This document shows, piece after piece, positions 30,145 to 39,468 of a DNA stretch of 64,000 nt. Each line of letters starts with the position of its first letter. The first letter of the stretch is position 1. Origin of the DNA: a virus (taxonomy: Duplodnaviria > Caudoviricetes); the IMG/VR virus record IMGVR_UViG_3300031994_000023, positions 64,001-128,000 of that record, one strand, 5' to 3'. The position numbers and the translations under genes are program-made. The notes below the pieces were generated by a model. It worked only from the letters and a program-made list of their open reading frames with translations, ran no database searches and had not been told where the DNA came from.

Positions 30145-30215
30145 TATTCTTTAAATTTCTCCTTTTTTTTATTAGTTCGTCTGTATTTTTATTATTTTGT
30201 TTTTTGATTGGGAAA

Positions 30216-30851
30216 TTAGTTTTCCCATAGGTATATTTCGTTTGTGTCTAGAAGGTATAATAGTAGTGTGAATTCGTGTTCCCATTTTTGCCAGTCGGGG
30301 TATATTTTTTTCATTTCGTTGTAGAATGGTGGGTTGTGGTTTAGGCAGTATGTGTGTATTAGTTCGTGGTATACTACATGTTCTATGTGTTTTTCGGGGA
30401 AGTATTTTAGTAGTATGTTGAATGTTAGTTTGTCTTTGTTTAGGTTGCACCTTCCCCATGACCCGTATAGTTCTTTGTATTCTATTTTTTTGGGTTTTTT
30501 TAGTTTGGGGTTTGTTTCACAATATTTTTTAATATTTTTTTCTACTATTGTTTTTAGTTGTTCTAGTGTTTTTGGTTCTAGTTTCAGGTTTTTTTCGTTT
30601 ATTTCTTTTTGGAATTTGGGTATTAGTTCTTCGTTTATTTTTTTGTATTTTTTTGCCCATGCCTTTGGTTTCCAGTGATTGAAGTAGTCGTATACCCATT
30701 GGTCGGGTGTGTTTTCGGGTAGTCGTAGTACTATGTGGTCGTGGGCGAATAGTCGTCTGTGTTTTTTAATTCTTTTGTCGTAAACTATGTTTATTTTGTA
30801 TGGTTCTTCGTCTATTTTGATGGTTAGGGTTTTGTTTTTTTTGTATTTCAA
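30216..30851 (-). CDS. YgjP-like (DUF45) zinc metallo-hydrolase
   Basis: SWGRCN...HVVYHELIH...NHNPPFY...YPDW. Confidence 0.8.
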   Translation of the reverse strand: MKYKKNKTLTIKIDEEPYKINIVYDKRIKKHRRLFAHDHIVLRLPENTPDQWVYDYFNHWKPKAWAKKYKKINEELIPKFQKEINEKNLKLEPKTLEQLKTIVEKNIKKYCETNPKLKKPKKIEYKELYGSWGRCNLNKDKLTFNILLKYFPEKHIEHVVYHELIHTYCLNHNPPFYNEMKKIYPDWQKWEHEFTLLLYLLDTNEIYLWEN

Positions 30852-30951
30852 TTTTGCACCTACTATAATAATATATTTGTCGTATATATTATAGTATGTA
30901 TTGCATAGTATTTAAATATTACCAATTACCCCCTACCAAAACACAAAAAAA

Positions 30952-31710
30952 TCAATCCTCATAAAACCGCAGAGACATATCCAACATCCGAACCTTCCGT
31001 TGCAACCTATCCCTCACCTCACGCTCAAACCTTTTCCTATCCTTACAACTCGAACAAACACCACACGGACGCTCACCATTATAATAACAACTCCACGTAT
31101 CACGAAGGTCAATACCAAAATCCATAGCCATCTCCAAAATCTCATGTTTATTCTTCTTCAACAACGGAGCCCTAATCTGAACAACCTTCAAATCACTCAT
31201 CATATTCAACAAATTAAACTGATGAACATACTCCGCACGACAATCCAAATAAACAGGATTCACATCACCAGTAGCACCATAATACACCCTCTCATAACCA
31301 TGTTGCAAAGCGTAACTAGTACCAATACTCAAAAAAGTCGAATTACGGGCAGGAACCAAAGTCTCATCATCCAAAACATGATTATTATTAGGAGCGAGAT
31401 TACCATCAATGGCATAAGAACTAATCTTAACAACTTCATGACTAACATTCAAACGTTCACAATGCCGTTTAGCCATCTGAATCTCCTTAATTGCCTCCTG
31501 CCCATAATCAAAACTAATCACATGCAAAGGCACCTTCTCATTCCATAACCAATAAAGCAGAGTTGTTGTGTCAAGACCACCACTCATTAAAAGAATAGAA
31601 GGTTTAAGTTCAATTTGACTAACTTCATTCAACATTGTTTCATAAGAAACATTCTGCTTATCCAACACCTTACCCAACCGTTGACTATGAAATTTATCCG
31701 CTACACTCAA
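30952..31710 (-). CDS. queC: 7-cyano-7-deazaguanine synthase
   Basis: SGGLDT, FDYGQ, VPARN, TWSCY...CGVCSSC. Confidence 0.9.
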   Translation of the reverse strand: MSVADKFHSQRLGKVLDKQNVSYETMLNEVSQIELKPSILLMSGGLDTTTLLYWLWNEKVPLHVISFDYGQEAIKEIQMAKRHCERLNVSHEVVKISSYAIDGNLAPNNNHVLDDETLVPARNSTFLSIGTSYALQHGYERVYYGATGDVNPVYLDCRAEYVHQFNLLNMMSDLKVVQIRAPLLKKNKHEILEMAMDFGIDLRDTWSCYYNGERPCGVCSSCKDRKRFEREVRDRLQRKVRMLDMSLRFYED

Positions 31711-31748
31711 AATTATCCATTCCCTCTGTTTATCTCTCTTCTTTTTGT

Positions 31749-32588
31749 TTAATTCACTCTTCTTCTCTTATTCCTTAATAAAGTAAAATAAGTTTTCCAA
31801 TAATTCTTGTAAAACTCTTGCCTCTGCAATTGCTTCAAAAAATATTTTCGCTCATACAAAGGACGATACTTCCTATTCGTTTCAGGAGTCTTAGGTATAC
31901 CTGAATGAAAATAATAATCTCTGATGGCACTCATATTCCAACCCGCACTATCAACACTATTAAAGGGTGTTTTCTTTAACTGCCTATCGTCATTGATTCC
32001 TAAGCCATGAACGTAGCAACCGTGTTTATGAGCGTACTTAACTAACTGAGTATATCCATTAGACGTAATCCCATCATTCCCACATATACTAATATTATCA
32101 TACTGACGACACATATGTTTGAATTCATTTATGCCCCATATTGGATGATACACTGCAATAATATTGGGAGTGATGGAAAGAAGTGCATCTCGTAGATGAC
32201 GAATAGAAGGCAAACCTAGATAAAGTAAATCCATATCAAAGTAACCTTGTATCCTTTTATCGTTTTTTGTTTCTTTAACAAAAGACAAATATTTTTCTAT
32301 GAATTTCCTTGTTTTTTCTTCTGACTGGGATTTAGCCGAAAAGTTGTAAATATAGGCACCACTATCAATCAGTAACTTCACATTAGGGAATTGTTTTAAC
32401 TTTTCATACTCCCCCCTATGTGCTTGAACCAAGAGATTCATTTTTTTGTTTTGAAAATCATCTACACCCACATAATCATGTGCCCTTTTGTCAATTACAG
32501 TGTATACATCCATTCCACAATCTTGCTGAATCATAATAATTCTACCATTCATACCCACATTTAGGGCAACGATAATGATTGGTTTCAT
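31749..32588 (-). CDS. TGT-fold transglycosylase-like protein (DpdA-type candidate)
   Basis: LLIDSGAY, FDMD, VYH, VHGLG, PFNSVDS..W motifs; between ParB-like and queC. The real start may lie downstream of 32588. Confidence 0.65.
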   Translation of the reverse strand: MKPIIIVALNVGMNGRIIMIQQDCGMDVYTVIDKRAHDYVGVDDFQNKKMNLLVQAHRGEYEKLKQFPNVKLLIDSGAYIYNFSAKSQSEEKTRKFIEKYLSFVKETKNDKRIQGYFDMDLLYLGLPSIRHLRDALLSITPNIIAVYHPIWGINEFKHMCRQYDNISICGNDGITSNGYTQLVKYAHKHGCYVHGLGINDDRQLKKTPFNSVDSAGWNMSAIRDYYFHSGIPKTPETNRKYRPLYERKYFLKQLQRQEFYKNYWKTYFTLLRNKRRRVN

Positions 32589-33180
32589 CCGAACTAACCA
32601 TTACTTCGTCTAGTACCTCACTCCCACTCTCCAAATGCTCCTTCGTCCGTTCTTCTCTTATTTCACGCCTACCATTACTTGGGTCTATATCATGACGCAG
32701 TTGTGGGGACTCTTCATCAAACAATGTATTGTCAATTTGTATTAACTCATCAATATTGAATGTGGAAAGTTCTACATCATCAAAGCCTGTTAAATCCATG
32801 TTGAAATTTGAAACTTGTAACTCATTCAATATGTTAGTTAATTTCCCATAATCCCAGTCACCACTAATCTTGTTTAACGCCAAATTCAAAGCTTTCTCAT
32901 GTTCATCATCTTTAATAGAGAGTTTATCATCTTCGAACACCCATCCTATGTCCCCAAGTCGTATCATAGAGAAATCTTTATCTGCACTTGTCTTGGAGAG
33001 TACGTTGTATCGTTGGTGTCCCCCAATAATATGATTATTTTTTAAGTTAACAATTATTGGGTCAACAAGTCCAAATTCTTTCAAGTTCTCTGCTAATCTT
33101 TTTTGTTCGTCGGGTGTGATTATTCTTGGATTATATTCTGCGGGTTGTAATTGATTAAGTTTTATGGTTTCAAATTTCAT
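32542..33180 (-). CDS. ParB/Srx-like N-terminal domain protein with C-terminal CPKC
   Basis: PAEYNPR...FGLVDPIIVN...IIGGHQR...LALNKISGDWD. Confidence 0.85.
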   Translation of the reverse strand: MKFETIKLNQLQPAEYNPRIITPDEQKRLAENLKEFGLVDPIIVNLKNNHIIGGHQRYNVLSKTSADKDFSMIRLGDIGWVFEDDKLSIKDDEHEKALNLALNKISGDWDYGKLTNILNELQVSNFNMDLTGFDDVELSTFNIDELIQIDNTLFDEESPQLRHDIDPSNGRREIREERTKEHLESGSEVLDEVMVSSDETNHYRCPKCGYEW

Positions 33181-33211
33181 GATAATTTATTATTTTAATG
33201 GGTCTTTTTTT

Positions 33212-33709
33212 TTATACCCTATTCCTTCCACTGTTTCTTCTACGATTTCTTCTAGACATCGTTTCTCGATAATTTTCTTCTAAATATTCAGTTCTTGTAT
33301 CCATGTACTCTCTAATCCCAGACAATGCTTCTTCATAGTGTCCTCTATAACCACCATTAAGGTTGTACAGGAAATAATTTTCATAGAAATCTGAAAGTTC
33401 AGCATAGGCTTGTTTTAATTCGGGAACATCATATCCTGCGTAGATTGACTCATGAAGAAAATCTTCGTCATCCCCACTATACGGGAATTCAGGATTATTT
33501 ATTAGTTCCCAATATTTTTCGTCAATTTCTGCCTTATACCTATCCCATTCGTCCCTACTCGCTTCCTGTGGGTTAAATGGAAGAGTACTTCCATCTTCTA
33601 CATACTCCAAAACATTAGTTTCACTGTTGAGGTAGGTTGGGTAGTCGTCTATTCCTTCATCGGCGTAGGATGCTCCCCCACCACTTCCTCCTTCTCCTTT
33701 ACTAGCCAT
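33212..33709 (-). CDS. MASK protein 18 (GIDDY leader), Arg-rich C-terminus
   Basis: MASKGEGGSGGGASYADEGIDDYPTYLNSE. Confidence 0.7.
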   Translation of the reverse strand: MASKGEGGSGGGASYADEGIDDYPTYLNSETNVLEYVEDGSTLPFNPQEASRDEWDRYKAEIDEKYWELINNPEFPYSGDDEDFLHESIYAGYDVPELKQAYAELSDFYENYFLYNLNGGYRGHYEEALSGIREYMDTRTEYLEENYRETMSRRNRRRNSGRNRV

Positions 33710-33737
33710 AAATAATTAATTGTTCATCTCCCTTATA

Positions 33738-34868
33738 TTATTTTTCTTTTCTTTTATAATCTTTATATTTTTCAAATATCTCAGAGTTTCTTTCACGATA
33801 ACTATAATACTCTTCATTCAAGAAGTTAATAATTTCTTTAGGTGTTTTAGCCTCACGAACATGTCTTCCAATATAATCACCATAACTATTATATTTCTGA
33901 TAATCCTCATATGAAGTCCGACGCCCCTTCGGACTGAGAGGTGTATCCACATAAGACTTGGAACCCGTATATATATTACCTAGAGGAGCGGTGGACTCTG
34001 CAAAATTTTCAACACGATAAATATCAGAAAAATAAGGATGTGGAGAAACACCATAATAACTATTACTATAGTCAGAAGCAGTCCATATTTCACTGGCAAT
34101 CTTGAACATAGGATGGTCTGAAATATATCTTCCTGCGAAAGCGTATTCCCTATCACTTGCACCCATACCCCCATAATTATCCAGACGGTGTGTCAACTCA
34201 TGCTCAAAAGTATTCTTAAAATCATACGTTTTCAGAAGGGTACTGTTCAGAGTTATAGTATTATATGTTTCACTATAGGCTCCACCTAGCACGCCCTCTG
34301 AAGAGGCATACTTGTCTAAACTATGGTCTGTGAGTATTATTCGACCAGGATAAAATTTGTAAATGTCTGGACACTCTGTGGAGAAATACTGCAAATATTG
34401 GTGTGGGGGAACAGAAAATGGTGCATCCTCATTGAATATGTTTTGCATGCCTTCATAACTAATACTAACAAGTTGATTTCCTAATCTGACATTAAAATAA
34501 TGTTCTCCTTCAAGAGTATCACTGTTTAATATTTGGTACCCTTCTTTTTTTAACTCATCCAAGAAGGCTTTTGCTCCTTCTTCAGTGTATCCTCCTTTTT
34601 CTATTAATTCTTGGAGGGCTTGTTTTTGTGTTATTTTTTTGTAGTCTTCGAATAGTTTTTCGTCTGTTATGGGTGTGTCTGATTCGTACCAGTCTTTTCC
34701 TTTGAGCACTTCTTCGTTGATGAATTCTAAGTCGGAGTCACTGTTTCTTATGTATATTCCGAAGTTGTCTTCGTTGAAGGGTCTGTAGTCTTGTTCGAAG
34801 TTATCTCCTTCTCCTTGGAAGTCTCCACCATATAGTGAGTCTAGGCTTGTTGCGTTTTTACTTGCCAT
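33738..34868 (-). CDS. MASK protein 19: zincin metallopeptidase
   Basis: HELTHRLD...ISDHPMF...ASDYS...VENFAE. Confidence 0.7.
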   Translation of the reverse strand: MASKNATSLDSLYGGDFQGEGDNFEQDYRPFNEDNFGIYIRNSDSDLEFINEEVLKGKDWYESDTPITDEKLFEDYKKITQKQALQELIEKGGYTEEGAKAFLDELKKEGYQILNSDTLEGEHYFNVRLGNQLVSISYEGMQNIFNEDAPFSVPPHQYLQYFSTECPDIYKFYPGRIILTDHSLDKYASSEGVLGGAYSETYNTITLNSTLLKTYDFKNTFEHELTHRLDNYGGMGASDREYAFAGRYISDHPMFKIASEIWTASDYSNSYYGVSPHPYFSDIYRVENFAESTAPLGNIYTGSKSYVDTPLSPKGRRTSYEDYQKYNSYGDYIGRHVREAKTPKEIINFLNEEYYSYRERNSEIFEKYKDYKRKEK

Positions 34869-34874
34869 GATTTT

Positions 34875-35258
34875 TTATAATATTATCGTTGTGGTGTTTT
34901 GTGTTTGGGTTATTCTAGGTGTGTTTCCCCTTGCTTCAGTTATTTCTTGTTGTATTTGTTGTTCTAGTTGTTCTAGTTGGTCTATGTTTTCGCCGAATTT
35001 TCGGAATTCTAGTCGTATTTGTCGTGTGCTTGTTGTGTGGTTTTGTATTAAGGAGTTTTGGAGTAGTTTGGCTTCTTCGTATGTTTTTAGTAGTTTTTTT
35101 ACTAGTTGTTCATGTTTCTTGCTTACAAAGTGTCTTGTTCTGTATTGTTCGGCTTTGTTAAGGATTGTTTCTTCGTCTTCTCGATGGTAATTTCCCCATC
35201 CGTTTGTGTTTCGGGGTGTCCATAAACTGTTTAATGTGTTTGTGCCTTTACTTGCCAT
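34875..35258 (-). CDS. MASK protein 20: helical, paralog of protein 21
   Basis: MASKGTNTLNSLWTP...FVSKKHEQLVKKL. Confidence 0.6.
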   Translation of the reverse strand: MASKGTNTLNSLWTPRNTNGWGNYHREDEETILNKAEQYRTRHFVSKKHEQLVKKLLKTYEEAKLLQNSLIQNHTTSTRQIRLEFRKFGENIDQLEQLEQQIQQEITEARGNTPRITQTQNTTTIIL

Positions 35259-35407
35259 GGTGCTCATCGATAGGTTTATAAAAAAAATTGTTTTCCATGT
35301 TTCTTTTTTTATGGGAAAGGTGGTGTGTTAAAAAAGAAAAAGTGTGGATTTACAAAAAAAATTAATGGTGGATTATTAAGAAAAAATATGATAATGGGGG
35401 TGGGGGG

Positions 35408-35986
35408 TTATTGTTTATGTACTAATAGGTATGAATATGCGTTTGCGAGTTCATCATATTCTTTGTAGTTTGGGTATACTTCAGATATTAATTCATAGAA
35501 TCGTGGGGTGTGTTCCCATTCTTCATAGTGGCATAATTCATGATATACATTGTATTCCACTAATTCTTTAGGAACATATTGTAATTTTGTACTAAATGAT
35601 AAATTGTGATTTTGTGAATGTGATGCCCAACTTCTATTCATGTCTGATTTGATGAATATTCGGTTGGGTGTTCCTTTGTAGGAGTATTTTTTTAAGTATT
35701 GGTTTATAAGATGTTGTAATTCTTCTTTTGTTCTGTATTCGAGGGTTAGGTTTTCGTTTTTAATCTTGTGTTGGAGGTGAGTTACTTGTTTTTCGTATTT
35801 TTTTAAGATGTTTTTCATCCAGTCTATGTGACTGTGTAGTATGTGTTCTATTTCGGTTATTGTGTGTTTTGGGTTGACTTTGATATAGAATTCGTCCCAG
35901 TGTATGAATAGTTTGTAGTTTTTTACTTGTTTGGTGTACCTTATTTGTACATTTTTGTGTATTTCGTTTATAAATATATTTGTCAA
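35408..35986 (-). CDS. Second YgjP-like (DUF45) metallo-hydrolase
   Basis: RSWASHS...YNVYHELCH...EHTPRFY...YPNY. Confidence 0.8.
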   Translation of the reverse strand: MTNIFINEIHKNVQIRYTKQVKNYKLFIHWDEFYIKVNPKHTITEIEHILHSHIDWMKNILKKYEKQVTHLQHKIKNENLTLEYRTKEELQHLINQYLKKYSYKGTPNRIFIKSDMNRSWASHSQNHNLSFSTKLQYVPKELVEYNVYHELCHYEEWEHTPRFYELISEVYPNYKEYDELANAYSYLLVHKQ

Positions 35987-36087
35987 ACGACCATCTCCGT
36001 TCTTTAAATATATTTATATAACTTATACTATAAATAATTTTCTATTTAACCCTGTTTTCACAATACAAAATTATAGAAGAAACCAGA

Positions 36088-36711
36088 TTATTCAGTGAAA
36101 TTTAATTTATACTCTTTATCGTCAACGGTATTTGTGATATTAGCATGATTCTGGTTAGAATTTGTGTTCGTCACCACATTTTCCTTGTTATCTGTATTGT
36201 GATTATATGTTAATACGGTTCGTGTGTTATCTTTGTTTTGTCCCCTATAAGTAGGGTCTCTTGTATATACAGGTACTATATTACCTGTTTTGTCTCGAAT
36301 AATTTTTCGTGCAATTTTACCCTTGTTTGCTGTTTTTATGGAATCGTTAATATCTTGTCTTTTTTGTATTTCCTGTTGGATTTGTTGGATTATTCTGTCG
36401 GCTTCTAATGTGCTTTCTCTTTTTGCAATACCATATTCGGCTTTGGTAAATACGTCTAGTTTGTTGTTGGTGAATCTTTGGATGGTGTTTGTGTATTCTA
36501 TGATTTCTTCTTTTTTTCGTTGTAGTTGTTCCATTAATTTCTCATGCTCTTCTGAGATGTATCCTTCGTTTTGTGTTTGTTCTTCTAGTTGGTTTATGGT
36601 TTGTATTGTTTTTTCTGAGTTGTAGGTTGTGTGTCCATCGTATGGTGTTGGTTCGTTGGGTATGGGTGTGAGTATGGATTGTAGTGTTTGGTTTGTTCCT
36701 TTACTTGCCAT
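36088..36711 (-). CDS. MASK protein 21: helical
   Basis: MASKGTNQTLQSILTP...YISEEHEKLMEQL. Confidence 0.6.
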   Translation of the reverse strand: MASKGTNQTLQSILTPIPNEPTPYDGHTTYNSEKTIQTINQLEEQTQNEGYISEEHEKLMEQLQRKKEEIIEYTNTIQRFTNNKLDVFTKAEYGIAKRESTLEADRIIQQIQQEIQKRQDINDSIKTANKGKIARKIIRDKTGNIVPVYTRDPTYRGQNKDNTRTVLTYNHNTDNKENVVTNTNSNQNHANITNTVDDKEYKLNFTE

Positions 36712-36772
36712 GGTTTTTTTTTGGGGATGGATTTTTTTTTAATGGTATTACCCTTCTTTTTTTGGGGGTGTT

Positions 36773-37285
36773 CTACCAGTATGGTTTTCCTGTGTCGTTT
36801 AAGTCATTTATTAGTTGGGTTCTTTGGTTTTGTAGTGTGTTTAGTTGATTCCTTAGTTGCTCTTCTCTTTGAGGTGTTACTCCTTGTGAAATTGTTTGCA
36901 TGATGTTTTCCATGCGTTCTATTAATTTGATTTGTTGTTTTTGCAATTGTATTGCATGGTCTAGGTTTGCATTGTCGGCTCGGAGTTCGGATTCATCAGA
37001 ACGGTAATCTTCTAACTTATTGGTATCTGTGGTTGTGGTGGTTTGGTTAATTAAATTTCTTAATTCAGAGTTGTTTCGATTCAACTGTTCTTGTAGTTGA
37101 GATATATTACTTTGTATCATTTCCTGTTCAGAAGGAACATCTATATCATATTCTTCTCTTAACTCATCATATTTGTTCATAAAACTGTCAGAAGTGGTGT
37201 TAAGATAAGTGGGATAGTCATCTATTCCTGTGTCCACATATGATGCTCCACCACCATTACCATTTCCACTATTTTTACTTGCCAT
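36773..37285 (-). CDS. MASK protein 22 (GIDDY leader), coiled-coil
   Basis: MASKNSGNGNGGGASYVDTGIDDYPTYLNT. Confidence 0.7.
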   Translation of the reverse strand: MASKNSGNGNGGGASYVDTGIDDYPTYLNTTSDSFMNKYDELREEYDIDVPSEQEMIQSNISQLQEQLNRNNSELRNLINQTTTTTDTNKLEDYRSDESELRADNANLDHAIQLQKQQIKLIERMENIMQTISQGVTPQREEQLRNQLNTLQNQRTQLINDLNDTGKPYW

Positions 37286-37325
37286 AATAATTTAATTTAA
37301 AACCTCTTACGTTACCTCTTTCTTT

Positions 37326-37607
37326 TCAGTCCAATTCCAATATTAACCGGAGATTGCGTATAGGATAAGCCATGAACCTTTCAATTATTTGTTCTTCGGT
37401 CATGCCTATTTCGTTCCACATGTTTATGTTTTGAGTATATAATGCACCACTCGCACTATATGCTCTTTCCATGAAACCTGTATCTTCTTTTAGGAAGTTT
37501 TCGAGTAATTCTGTTTTTTGTTGTTTAGTTAGTCCTCTGGCAGGTGTTTCGGAGAACATTGTTTTAACTTTTTTTTCAAATTCTTGGAATGATATGGGAT
37601 ATTTCAT
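37326..37607 (-). CDS. Small non-MASK protein directly after the GNAT-like gene
   Basis: 93 aa, GAGG SD. Confidence 0.55.
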   Translation of the reverse strand: MKYPISFQEFEKKVKTMFSETPARGLTKQQKTELLENFLKEDTGFMERAYSASGALYTQNINMWNEIGMTEEQIIERFMAYPIRNLRLILELD

Positions 37608-37637
37608 ATATAATTACCTCATTGTTTATTTTATGTT

Positions 37638-38246
37638 TTAATCAAAAGTTTTGTAATTGCGTCCTGTTGCCCATTCATTTAGTGTTATGTTGTCTTTTAC
37701 CATTTGTTTCGCTACACTCGGGTCATGCTCAAACCAAATTATTCTTTCAGTACCATAGTCTGGTGTCCATCCTTGGCTCATCATGTCGTCATTGTATTGA
37801 GAGTCCCAGTTTACCCATCCTACAGGTTTATATCCACAGTGTAAGTAGAAATCCCAATTCCCTTCGAAACTGTCGAAGTTGGTTCCGCCTTTGTCTATTG
37901 CAATTTCGTTTATGGCTCTCATGTTGTCTAATGATTCGCCGTTAGCGTCTCTGGCAGAACTTAAACTTATCAATGTGTGTGTGTCTCTGGTTATTGCGAA
38001 TGTACTTCCGTTTTCCGTTATGTACATGTCTGCGTTTTTTAGGGCTTCTTCGTCTGGTGTGTCTACTCTCCATGAGATTTCTGGGTCTGTGTTGTTTTTG
38101 TTTTGTTGTACGTTTTGTATGAATTCTGTTGTGTCATATGTTTGTCTGTATTTGATTTGAGGGTAACTATCTGTTGCACTGCTTTTGTTGGGTGATGTGT
38201 ATGTGGTGTAGCCACTTGTCGTGTTTGAACTGTATTTGCTTGCCAT
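37638..38246 (-). CDS. MASK protein 23: GNAT-like acetyltransferase
   Basis: AIDKGGTNFDSFEGNWDFYLHCGYKPVGWVNW matches the C-terminal FY...G[FY] pattern of phage polyvalent-protein GNATs. Confidence 0.55.
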   Translation of the reverse strand: MASKYSSNTTSGYTTYTSPNKSSATDSYPQIKYRQTYDTTEFIQNVQQNKNNTDPEISWRVDTPDEEALKNADMYITENGSTFAITRDTHTLISLSSARDANGESLDNMRAINEIAIDKGGTNFDSFEGNWDFYLHCGYKPVGWVNWDSQYNDDMMSQGWTPDYGTERIIWFEHDPSVAKQMVKDNITLNEWATGRNYKTFD

Positions 38247-38423
38247 TTTTCTTTTTTTTTGTGAGTTGTTGTGTGTTCAATATTTCTTCTTTTTTTTTTG
38301 AGGGGTGTGGGAAAACAGAACATATTATACTAATTGTATAATATATACTCTATTGTATGGGATATAAATACTTAACCCCAAAACCACCACCACAACCCTA
38401 CAAAAAAAAAACATAAAATGAAA

Positions 38424-38499
38424 TGCGTGTTACATGAATCGAACATGTGCCTCACTACAGGAATGCAGTGTGTAACTTACCACTTATTACCAAACACGC
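38424..38499 (-). tRNA. tRNA(-like) gene, Gly-like acceptor stem, atypical 8-nt anticodon loop CATTCCTG
   Basis: GCGTGTT/AACACGC acceptor, GTAA/TTAC D-stem with TGG, CACTG/TAGTG anticodon stem, ACATG-TTCGATT-CATGT T-arm, discriminator A. Confidence 0.75.
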
Positions 38500-38566
38500 A
38501 AAAAAAAGTAAAAAAAAAAGCATGGAAAAAAAATCAAACCCATACCAAAAACAATAAACAATATTA

Positions 38567-38803
38567 CTATGAATAAACTATCTTCCAATCCTCACTCATC
38601 AAATCCGTTTGACTAGGCACCCATGGTACAAAATCATCATCCACAGTCTTCAAATAAATATAAGGCACTGTCATTTTACTATCTGGAGTAGGCACTTGCA
38701 TAGTTATAAACATCCCATCCCCATTCCACATTTCCCTCGTTAATTTTTTACCATTTTTAACATGTTTCAAAGCTTCACTAAACGTCATATACACTGTTTC
38801 CAT
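38567..38803 (-). CDS. DUF2829 / Tad2-like nucleotide-signal sponge
   Basis: MTFSEALKHVKNGKKLTREMWNGDGMFI...VPWVPSQTDLMSEDW. Confidence 0.8.
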   Translation of the reverse strand: METVYMTFSEALKHVKNGKKLTREMWNGDGMFITMQVPTPDSKMTVPYIYLKTVDDDFVPWVPSQTDLMSEDWKIVYS

Positions 38804-38850
38804 CTTTTTTCCTAGTCCTCCTTATTAATTTCGTTCTTCCAATTTAAGTA

Positions 38851-39468
38851 TCATAATTCTTTAGGATAAGGTTTCCGTCTACATTCTAAGATTTTGCGTT
38901 GTTTCTTAGTGAGAGGATAACAATATTTATGTCTTCCTTTATCGGGAATATAATATGCGTTTTTATCAATATGTTGTTGAATCCACTTAAGACTAGATGT
39001 TCCATACCTAGAACTAGCACTCCTTGCATGTACTTTTTCACCATTAATCATCATCCATGATTTTCGTGAGATTGTACCTAAATATATCCAATTACCCGCT
39101 TGATAAATAACACCCAAATGATTCTGGTTTCTATCTGCATAACTCACTATTACTTCAATTTGTGGTTGTGTTTTTTTTATTAGTTTAATTGTTTCACTGA
39201 TTATTTTAGTAACAGGAGTTTTATGTTCCTTCAAAGCAACTCGTGCCAACTCACAAACACCACCCCTATTTTGAGGAGTGAATTCTGCGTATAACATCCG
39301 AGAACCTCTATTATAAATTACTGAACCAATAAATTTTCCATCTTCCCATGCCCCAAACAGTAACTTTTTATCAGATGGCATTTGTTTACTGTAATGATAA
39401 TGTTCCACTGCAAACTTAGACGCTTGGTAAGTACAAGGTGCTACGTGGATGGAGGGTTTATTTTTCAT
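38851..39468 (-). CDS. Mom-like DNA modification enzyme (GNAT fold)
   Basis: EHYHYS...GAWEDGKFIG...ELARVAL...IVSYAD...H.G.IYQAGNWIYLG. Confidence 0.8.
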   Translation of the reverse strand: MKNKPSIHVAPCTYQASKFAVEHYHYSKQMPSDKKLLFGAWEDGKFIGSVIYNRGSRMLYAEFTPQNRGGVCELARVALKEHKTPVTKIISETIKLIKKTQPQIEVIVSYADRNQNHLGVIYQAGNWIYLGTISRKSWMMINGEKVHARSASSRYGTSSLKWIQQHIDKNAYYIPDKGRHKYCYPLTKKQRKILECRRKPYPKEL

